A DNA stretch of 64,000 bases from IMG/VR virus record IMGVR_UViG_3300032268_001411, positions 1 to 64,000 of that record; one strand, 5' to 3'. Under the pieces are notes generated by a model. The model ran no database searches. It saw only the letters and a program-made list of their open reading frames with translations, and had not been told where the DNA came from. The DNA is from a virus. A program made the translations under genes and the position numbers. How positions within the stretch are numbered: position 1 is the stretch's first letter; the number at the start of each line of letters is the position of its first letter. Of this stretch, positions 50,226 through 57,559 are shown one piece after another.

Positions 50226-50858
50226 TTGAAATACTTAAAAAAATATGGACTATTTGAATCTAATACAGAGATTGATTCAATTTGCCAAAAATATGGTATA
50301 CAAAACTACACTATTAATGGAGATGGAACGGTTGATGTTGATGGAGATGTTGATCTGTATAATAGAGGATTAACTAAACTTCCACTAAAATTTGGAAAGG
50401 TAAGTGGTAATTTTTATTGTTCTTATAATAAATTTACTACATTAGAGGGTTGTCCAAGGGAAGTAGTTGGTGATTTTTATTGTCACAGGAATCAATTAAC
50501 TACATTAGAGGGTTGTCCAAAGGAAGTAGGTGGTAGTTTTGATTGTTCCCATAATCAATTAACTACATTAGAGGGTTGTCCAGGGGAAGTAGGTGGGTAT
50601 TTTGATTGTGTAAATAATCAATTAACTATTATTAAAGGGGAATTGGAGTTTGTTAATATCAAAGTACCTCCCAATATTGAAAATAATCCTATACAAGAAG
50701 TTTATCAATTATTTCCCACTTTCAAATCATTTCAATATAGTCTAGATTATAATTACTTTAGATCTCCAAATCAAATTGTTAAACATAGATTTGAGGAAGC
50801 TTGCCAAGAAGCAGGTATAAAAATCCCGAAAAAAATAAAAGGATACCAATACATATGA
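50226..50858 (+). CDS. 22-aa LRR-like solenoid protein A with leader
   Basis: GxFxCxxNxLTTLEGCPxEV repeats (66 nt). Confidence 0.85.
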   Translation: MKYLKKYGLFESNTEIDSICQKYGIQNYTINGDGTVDVDGDVDLYNRGLTKLPLKFGKVSGNFYCSYNKFTTLEGCPREVVGDFYCHRNQLTTLEGCPKEVGGSFDCSHNQLTTLEGCPGEVGGYFDCVNNQLTIIKGELEFVNIKVPPNIENNPIQEVYQLFPTFKSFQYSLDYNYFRSPNQIVKHRFEEACQEAGIKIPKKIKGYQYI

Positions 50859-50889
50859 AATACTTAAAAAAATATGGACTATTTGAATC
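50227..50889 (+). repeat. 34-bp direct repeats (50227-50260 and 50856-50889) flanking LRR gene A
   Basis: tgaaatacttaaaaaaatatggactatttgaatc occurs twice identically. Confidence 0.95.
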
Positions 50890-51244
50890 AAACAAGCCAA
50901 ACTACCAAACGCTTCAAATAGGAGATTTTAAAGCTTATCGTGGAAGAGACGCCTCAGCAAATGAATATGTTACATTTCAATTAGCTGATGAAAATGACTT
51001 ATGGTTTCACGCAAAAGGAGTACCAGGTAGTCACTTAGTTATTAAAGTAGATGATAAATTAGTCACACCGGAAATAATTCAAAGTGCATCAGAAATCGTT
51101 GCTAAAAATTCTAAAACAAAAGAAAAAGAAGTTCAAGTAGTGTATTGCCAAAAGAAATTCGTGACTAAAGTTCAAGGAACTAATTTAGGACAAGTTAATG
51201 TTGATAAAATCAATGCTTATGAAATAACCGTTTCAATAAATTAA
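50855..51244 (+). CDS. Stand-alone NFACT-R (DUF814) RNA-binding domain protein with leader
   Basis: GRDASANEYVT...DLWFHAKGVPGSHLVIK...VVYCQKKFV; ATG at 50855 overlaps the LRR stop (ATGA). Confidence 0.85.
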   Translation: MKYLKKYGLFESNKPNYQTLQIGDFKAYRGRDASANEYVTFQLADENDLWFHAKGVPGSHLVIKVDDKLVTPEIIQSASEIVAKNSKTKEKEVQVVYCQKKFVTKVQGTNLGQVNVDKINAYEITVSIN

Positions 51245-51273
51245 TATATACAAATAAATATTATCTAAATCTA

Positions 51274-52659
51274 ATGGGATTTTGGAAAGACCAACAACAA
51301 AAACAATTCGAAGGAGGTAGAGTCATAAAATTTACTGATGATTTTTGGCAAATGCTCGATAGAATTGCCATCGGCGCTCGAGGCAAAGGACACGAAAAAT
51401 TAATTTGGGATATATCAGGATTAGACTCAAATTCAACTATAAAAAACCCCATGGGAGTTGAACAAGTAGATATGTCAGATAACCAGTGGCACTTCGACCT
51501 AATAGTAAATGGTAAAAAAACAAAAATAAAAGTCTCTCAATTTATTAGAAACTTCTTCGGCGATGAATTCGATAGAAACGAAATCTATGACTTCACTCTT
51601 GAATACAACAAAATCATAGACAACCTAACAGAGTCTGATACATCTAATAGAATTACACCAAGACAATTTAAGTTTGAACCACTCAATGTAAGAGATACCT
51701 TTATTTCCCTTGTCACAGAAACCTATCCAATGGGTCACGAAGATGAACTACTACCATATATTACACCAGGACTTAAAAGAGATAAATTCGGTAACTATTA
51801 TTATATAATTGGTGATAGTGATACAGCTTTTACTTGCCACTTAGATACAGCATCAAGAAATAAAACTAATGTCAATTTAGTTTCACACCAAAAAGATGGA
51901 CAAGATTTTATTATAACTGATAAAACATCCATTTTAGGGGCAGATGATAAGGCTGGTGTTACAATCCTAATGTATATGATTGCTAAAAAAATACCAGGTG
52001 TTTATTGGTTTTTCTATGGTGAAGAAAGAGGTGGTCAGGGTTCGGCTAAAGTAGCAAATAACTTTGAAAACTATAAATTTATGAAAGGTATCAAAAAAAT
52101 GATATCCTTTGATAGAAGAAATTACTACTCAGTAATCACTCAGCAAATGAATTTACAATGTTGCTCAAATGAATTTGCTGATAATCTTTGTAAAGAACTA
52201 AATAAAAGTGGATTAAAATTAAACTTAGATCCAACCGGTGTATTTACTGATTCAGCTAATTTTATTGATTTAATTCCTGAATGTACTAATGTATCTGTGG
52301 GTTATTTTAACGAACATACACACGATGAAATGCAAAACATAACTTACTTAGAGAAATTATGTAAAGCTTGTGTAAATGTAAATTGGAAAGGATTGAAATC
52401 TTATAGAAAGATTGGTTTAGATGATGATGTATTCTTAAAATATAGTAGACTAATTAAAGTCTTAAAAAGAAATACTTTTTATAATAGTGATAGTACCAAG
52501 GGTTCTGCTGGAAAACTCTTGATACAATTAGAGATTGTTGATTCAGATCCAGATCACCTTTATCAGGATTTGGTAGACCTACAAAAAATATTTGCAACAC
52601 ACAGATTGGATCCAGATATTACATTTGATGAACAATTTATAAAAATTGAATTAAGTTAA
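51274..52659 (+). CDS. M28/M20-family zinc peptidase with extra N-terminal domain
   Basis: CHLDTAS, LGADDKAG, GEERG, SFDRR, TDS, NVSVGYFNEHT; paralogue of 45080..46036. Confidence 0.88.
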   Translation: MGFWKDQQQKQFEGGRVIKFTDDFWQMLDRIAIGARGKGHEKLIWDISGLDSNSTIKNPMGVEQVDMSDNQWHFDLIVNGKKTKIKVSQFIRNFFGDEFDRNEIYDFTLEYNKIIDNLTESDTSNRITPRQFKFEPLNVRDTFISLVTETYPMGHEDELLPYITPGLKRDKFGNYYYIIGDSDTAFTCHLDTASRNKTNVNLVSHQKDGQDFIITDKTSILGADDKAGVTILMYMIAKKIPGVYWFFYGEERGGQGSAKVANNFENYKFMKGIKKMISFDRRNYYSVITQQMNLQCCSNEFADNLCKELNKSGLKLNLDPTGVFTDSANFIDLIPECTNVSVGYFNEHTHDEMQNITYLEKLCKACVNVNWKGLKSYRKIGLDDDVFLKYSRLIKVLKRNTFYNSDSTKGSAGKLLIQLEIVDSDPDHLYQDLVDLQKIFATHRLDPDITFDEQFIKIELS

Positions 52660-52661
52660 AA

Positions 52662-53318
52662 ATGAGACTAAAGAAATATTTAGAATTAATTAAGGAATCT
52701 AAAAGTATAGATGGTTCAATTTTACAAAAATTACAAATCTATCTTACTGATTCAATCGGAAGTAGCGTTCGTTCATTAGGACTAACTGCTACTGATATGC
52801 AACAAATCTGTACTGATTTAGATATTGAAACTGTAGAAGAGTTTTTAGAATTTTATCCATTCCCGAATCAAAGAATTAGGGGATACGTAGAAGAGTTTTT
52901 CTCTGGTAAAGGGGAAGAATTATTCTACGGACAAGATGAAGAAGACTATTATAGTTTCGATGATGATGATGATGACGATGATGACGATGATGAGGAATAT
53001 GTAGAAGAGGATGAAGAGGATTTGGGTGGGGTGGCAGCATTAGCACACAGGATGTTAGAAGAAAGTGGTCTTGAGAATTTTTATGTTTCGAATAAGGGTA
53101 ATAATATTTCGATTCAATTTGTCTTAAACAAAAAGGAGAAGTTCTCTAAACTAACAAAGATACTCGGACTTATAAAGAAATTAGGTTCTGATATTCTAAT
53201 CCAATATGATTCTGAAATGGATTTATGGGAAACAAAAAGAGAAGATCCACTTTTAACTTTTGATTTCTATTATAATAAGGACACAAAAGGAAAATTTAAA
53301 GAAGATTTGCCTTTTTAG
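52662..53318 (+). CDS. Acidic hypothetical protein with leader and poly-Asp tract
   Basis: MRLKKYLELIKES; DDDDDDDDDDDEE. Confidence 0.65.
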   Translation: MRLKKYLELIKESKSIDGSILQKLQIYLTDSIGSSVRSLGLTATDMQQICTDLDIETVEEFLEFYPFPNQRIRGYVEEFFSGKGEELFYGQDEEDYYSFDDDDDDDDDDDEEYVEEDEEDLGGVAALAHRMLEESGLENFYVSNKGNNISIQFVLNKKEKFSKLTKILGLIKKLGSDILIQYDSEMDLWETKREDPLLTFDFYYNKDTKGKFKEDLPF

Positions 53319-53367
53319 ACTAAACTTTACCTTTTAAAAATTATATATAGTTTAATAATTCTAAAAT

Positions 53368-53718
53368 GTGGGTGAAATTGGCAATCGATTCGCGAGGTGG
53401 AGTTAGTTCTGCAAACATCGGTGGATATTATCCGATTAACAAATAGATATCAAAACGCTTTAAACGGCAACACAAACGAAGTAGGAAGCAAAGAAGATTT
53501 AGTATTTGCCCTACGCAACAACATCCTTACGGTCAACGAGGTAGCTGCTTAAGCTGAACAGTTCCAAACAGTCCAGACACTGAAAAGTCTCGTTGAAAGT
53601 CAGAATAAAACGTTAAACTTAACTGAATATTTTGTCCATTTAGAAAAATTGACTAAGTTTGTAAATGAAGAATTAAAAACAATCGAAGAAGACCAGGGTT
53701 CAAATCCCTGCACCTACA
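53368..53718 (+). ncRNA. ssrA: tmRNA
   Basis: Acceptor stem GTGGGTG/CACCTAC with G3:U70 and discriminator A; T-arm CAGGG-TTCAAAT-CCCTG; tag frame 53466-53552 after TAAAC reads GNTNEVGSKEDLVFALRNNILTVNEVAA*. Confidence 0.9.
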
Positions 53719-53723
53719 CAATC

Positions 53724-53752
53724 AAAAGTCTCAAATAAATTTGAGACTTTTT
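53724..53752 (+). terminator. Terminator after tmRNA
   Basis: aaaagtctcaaat-aa-atttgagactttt. Confidence 0.8.
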
Positions 53753-53774
53753 CCTCTTAAAAAGTTAAACAATA

Positions 53775-54734
53775 ATGAAATATATTATTAAATGGGAAAA
53801 CTTCAATGAGTCCAAGGGTATATCAGATTCTTGTGAAAAAATATTAAATACAATATGGAGTGACATAGAAATCAATATTAATAATTCGAATTCATTTTAT
53901 TCACATTTCAATATAGATGAGTCAGATTTTAAGTGCAAAAATATTAGCTTAAATTTTACAATAGTCGAGGGGAATGAAAATTTATGTAACGCACAAACTA
54001 TACTAAATGATTCAAAAATAGAAAACGGTTATTTAACTAATTTGGAAATAAAAGTCAGTATTCTTTATAAAGAAATTGATGATGAATTTTTGTATTATAT
54101 AAAATCAGTTTTATTTCATGAGCTATTACACATATTTCAACATTATAATATTTTACTTGGTAATAAATTTAGACCAGAATCGTTTTCTATTGGCAGTGTA
54201 ATACCACAACTAAGGAATATCGTAAAAACAAAATTTGGTGAGTATATCTTGGATATTTTATACTATTCCCTAACACACGAGTTATCCGCTCAAATTCATC
54301 AATACTATTTATACAGAATAAATAATAGAGAATATAAAAGAATTTTTGATATAAGAAAACTTCTTGATAGATTTAAGATTAGCAATATTTCTCCAGATGA
54401 AGAAAATGATGTAAAATTTATAAAAAAACATATCATTGGATCTATTAAACATTTTACTAAAAATTCAAATTATTTGAAAGATAGCAATAAATCAATTTGG
54501 AGTGAAGATGATTTAAATAAATTTTTATTGAAATTCAAAAACTTATTGGACTTTAAAGTAAAATGGATAGACAAGAAAATGAAACTTATTGATGATAAGA
54601 TTAATCAAAGTAGAATTATAAAATATGATGAGAACATTACATTACCACAAGATTGGAACTTTTATGATATTTACAATGTTTATGATTTTATAAAAGAAAA
54701 TCTCAACGACGCAAAAAATAAAGATTTTGTCTAA
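53775..54734 (+). CDS. HEXXH zinc-metallopeptidase-like protein with leader
   Basis: LFHELLHIFQ with downstream HELSA; leader MKYIIKWENFNES. Confidence 0.6.
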   Translation: MKYIIKWENFNESKGISDSCEKILNTIWSDIEININNSNSFYSHFNIDESDFKCKNISLNFTIVEGNENLCNAQTILNDSKIENGYLTNLEIKVSILYKEIDDEFLYYIKSVLFHELLHIFQHYNILLGNKFRPESFSIGSVIPQLRNIVKTKFGEYILDILYYSLTHELSAQIHQYYLYRINNREYKRIFDIRKLLDRFKISNISPDEENDVKFIKKHIIGSIKHFTKNSNYLKDSNKSIWSEDDLNKFLLKFKNLLDFKVKWIDKKMKLIDDKINQSRIIKYDENITLPQDWNFYDIYNVYDFIKENLNDAKNKDFV

Positions 54735-54757
54735 ATAATAAAATAAAAATAATAAAT

Positions 54758-54913
54758 ATGAAAGAATTACTTTTACACCCAGTTACATCTATTATCATCA
54801 AAACTTTGGCAGTTTTATGGATAGTCTACAATTTCACTTTTATGAGCGTGATTACCCTACTAATACTAATCTGTGCTTATGATGCAATTAGTGATTTCTA
54901 TAAAGAAAATTAG
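54758..54913 (+). CDS. Small membrane protein (51 aa)
   Basis: Manual translation: MKELLLHPVTSIIIKTLAVLWIVYNFTFMSVITLLILICAYDAISDFYKEN. Confidence 0.5.
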   Translation: MKELLLHPVTSIIIKTLAVLWIVYNFTFMSVITLLILICAYDAISDFYKEN

Positions 54914-54987
54914 TAGAATTATCCCAAAATCAAAAGTTTCAAATTTATTTGAGACTTTTTTAATATATAGAAATAAAAACGTCTTCA

Positions 54988-55656
54988 ATGAGAATATTAA
55001 AATATTTCGAGAATTTTTTGAATCAAAGTCACGAGGAAAAAGCTTATACAAAAATGTTTTCATTTCGTCAAGGTGAAGGTGGTTGTATAAATTGTAATAC
55101 AAATTCCATCAGTATAATACAAAAAGAAACAAATATATTATATGATTTCAAGAAGTATATAAATTTTGAGGGTAATATATTCAATTCAAAAGTTCGTAAT
55201 ATATCAACTATAAGCATAACTTCTCAAAAAACTAAAAATGATTTAGCTAAATTAGGAATAGTTTCAAACAAAACAAAAATAGTTAAATATCCGGATATAC
55301 CTGAAAATCTACAAAATCACTTTATGAGAGGAGTTTTTGATGGTGATGGATGTATTTCACTAAGATGTGATAAAAGAGATGGTAATCAAAGAGGACAAGT
55401 AAATATATGTTCTGGTAGTTATGATTTCATCAAAGAATATTACGACAAATTAGTCAAATTTTGTAGTCTTTCCGGAAAAAATAAAATCAGAAATCCAAAA
55501 GGAACTTACTATGTTGTAGATTGGGGAGGATTTTCAGATGTAGAGAATATCTATGAATTTTTTTATAAAGACGCTACAGTCTATTTGAGCAGAAAAAAAG
55601 AAACTTTTGAGAAAGTAATCTCTATAACAAAAGAAAAAATTAAATATAGAAAATAA
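54988..55656 (+). CDS. LAGLIDADG-family endonuclease-like protein with leader
   Basis: HFMRGVFDGDGCI, LGIVSNKT, YLSRK. Confidence 0.8.
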   Translation: MRILKYFENFLNQSHEEKAYTKMFSFRQGEGGCINCNTNSISIIQKETNILYDFKKYINFEGNIFNSKVRNISTISITSQKTKNDLAKLGIVSNKTKIVKYPDIPENLQNHFMRGVFDGDGCISLRCDKRDGNQRGQVNICSGSYDFIKEYYDKLVKFCSLSGKNKIRNPKGTYYVVDWGGFSDVENIYEFFYKDATVYLSRKKETFEKVISITKEKIKYRK

Positions 55657-55657
55657 T

Positions 55658-56608
55658 ATGTGTGCTGCGATGGTTTCTTATTTTGGAGGCAAGAGTTCCT
55701 CTGTATTCCTTGATTTTATTAATAAAAAGATTCCAAAGACAGGTATCAAAACCTACCTAGAGCCCTTTGCTGGAAGTTACGCTACGTACCTCGATGATGA
55801 TACTCTTAACTTCGAAAAAGTCATTTATAATGACAAAAACAGACATCAAGTTAATCTTTATAGATGTTGTGCTGAGCCAGAAAAATTCTTACCGGTTTTA
55901 GAAAAACTAAAACAAACACTCTTACACACAACTGAAACTGATCCACTTAAAAAATGGGATTTCTATAAAGCACTTTACAGAAAGTATGTAGATAATGATT
56001 TCTTAGATAATAATGATTTTGAGATTGGTGACTTTAAGAGAGCCGCTATCTATGCTTTCCTTATTACATCAAGCTTCTCTAGTGTGTTCCCCAAAAATGC
56101 AGGCTTCAGTGGTTATAAAAAAGATAAAGATAGACTCAAATTAGAAGTACTTATCGATAAATTGAAGAAGAATAAATATACACAGAAGCTACAATCTATC
56201 ACAGAGTTCAATAATATTGATTTTCAAGAATTAATTCTTAAATATGATAGTCCAGAAACCTACATTTACCTTGATCCCCCGTACTGTCGCTTCGATGAAG
56301 AAAAAGGAGATGATGATGCGAAAAGATTATCTTGGTATGGTGCAGCTGATGACTCTGTCTTTGGTATAGCTTCGCACAGAAGACTTTTAGAATTGATTAA
56401 AGGCATAGAAAGTAGATGGTCACTATCATACTATTACTTCCCTCTCTTAGAAGAATTATTACCAAAAGATAAATATTTCTGGTTTGAAAAAGAAGTTAAT
56501 AGAAGTTCTGCAAATGGTGGAAACAATCACGAATCAAAAGGTAAAGCAGCCAAAGGCACCGAACTCTTAATTCTTAACTATAATCTAGAAACAGGTGAAA
56601 AGGTATGA
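55658..56608 (+). CDS. Dam-like (D12 class) N6-adenine DNA methyltransferase
   Basis: SYFGGKS, YLEPFAGS, IYND, YLDPPY, LSY, ELLILNY. Confidence 0.9.
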   Translation: MCAAMVSYFGGKSSSVFLDFINKKIPKTGIKTYLEPFAGSYATYLDDDTLNFEKVIYNDKNRHQVNLYRCCAEPEKFLPVLEKLKQTLLHTTETDPLKKWDFYKALYRKYVDNDFLDNNDFEIGDFKRAAIYAFLITSSFSSVFPKNAGFSGYKKDKDRLKLEVLIDKLKKNKYTQKLQSITEFNNIDFQELILKYDSPETYIYLDPPYCRFDEEKGDDDAKRLSWYGAADDSVFGIASHRRLLELIKGIESRWSLSYYYFPLLEELLPKDKYFWFEKEVNRSSANGGNNHESKGKAAKGTELLILNYNLETGEKV

Positions 56609-57306
56609 AAGTAAAAGATTTGAAGGGTGAGATTAAGATAGACTCAGATTTTTCAAGAATACTTAAAAGAGATGATAGGATTAATCTCTATAAACCTATT
56701 GATTTTAGGTTAAGTTATACAAAGGAATACTTCTCACTTGTAGATGATAATTATATAGATAATAATCTAATTTCCGCTGTTAAAAATGAAATCGAACAAA
56801 AAATTGATGAATCTTTACTTCTTAAATATGAGAATTTTAGTGAAGAACATTTAGATGTCAGTGATTTAACTTATGAATATACTATTATTAGATTAAGAGA
56901 TTTTTTGAGTGAATGTAATACTGATTTTATGGTTGCTGATTATAAAATTGCCACTCATTTCTTTTCTTCTGATTTTTTTGTTCCATCAAAACCGACTACT
57001 GGTATTTCAAGATCTATTTTTCATTATGGTACACTTTACGATAAAATAGATTACTTTATTAATCATTCTATTGGTGATAATAATAACATAATCTTATGTG
57101 GTAAGAGAGGGAGTTTTTCTTATAATTTTTATTTGGAGTGGGTTCGTGTTGTTGAAGATGAATTGAATATTAATTTAGATGTTAGATATTATTTACAAAC
57201 TAATATAAATGAGAGTGACTTCTTTAGACTCCACTTCCATATTGATAAAGATACTATTCCGAAATCATTTACTAGAGATAAAACTATTGATAATCTACTA
57301 AATTAA
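56605..57306 (+). CDS. Truncated, diverged major-capsid-like paralogue
   Basis: DFMVADYKIATHF...IFHYGTLYDKIDYFINHSIGDNNNIILCGKR aligns by eye with capsid QYAVTNGALAASL...LYPVGQIGDIQVYVDPYMKYNDNRIVLGRK. Confidence 0.5.
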   Translation: MKVKDLKGEIKIDSDFSRILKRDDRINLYKPIDFRLSYTKEYFSLVDDNYIDNNLISAVKNEIEQKIDESLLLKYENFSEEHLDVSDLTYEYTIIRLRDFLSECNTDFMVADYKIATHFFSSDFFVPSKPTTGISRSIFHYGTLYDKIDYFINHSIGDNNNIILCGKRGSFSYNFYLEWVRVVEDELNINLDVRYYLQTNINESDFFRLHFHIDKDTIPKSFTRDKTIDNLLN

Positions 57307-57332
57307 AAAAGAGTTGAAAATTCAACTCTTTT
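57305..57332. terminator. Bidirectional terminator
   Basis: aaaaagagttgaa-aa-ttcaactcttttt. Confidence 0.8.
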
Positions 57333-57377
57333 TATTTTTTACATATCTCCCCAATTTGGAATTGGTGCCCAAGTATC

Positions 57378-57488
57378 TTATTCTTCATCTGTCCAATCAT
57401 CGTCATATTGTAATGGTGTCAATCCTAAAAAATCAGCGATATAATCACAATCTGCATCTTGTAGGTAATCGTGTTTTAACTTTTTCAT
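57378..57488 (-). CDS. Acidic micropeptide (36 aa)
   Basis: MKKLKHDYLQDADCDYIADFLGLTPLQYDDDWTDEE with AATATATA upstream and a terminator downstream. Confidence 0.4.
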   Translation of the reverse strand: MKKLKHDYLQDADCDYIADFLGLTPLQYDDDWTDEE

Positions 57489-57559
57489 ATTCTATTTTTT
57501 TTTTTGTGATTTTCACTATAAAGATATATATTTATTTTTAAAAATCAAATTTATTTTTT

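Noticed and set aside
53690-53721. Stand-alone tRNA gene
   Set aside because: The T-arm and acceptor pair with 53368-53374 about 350 nt away and enclose a tag ORF, so this is a tmRNA.
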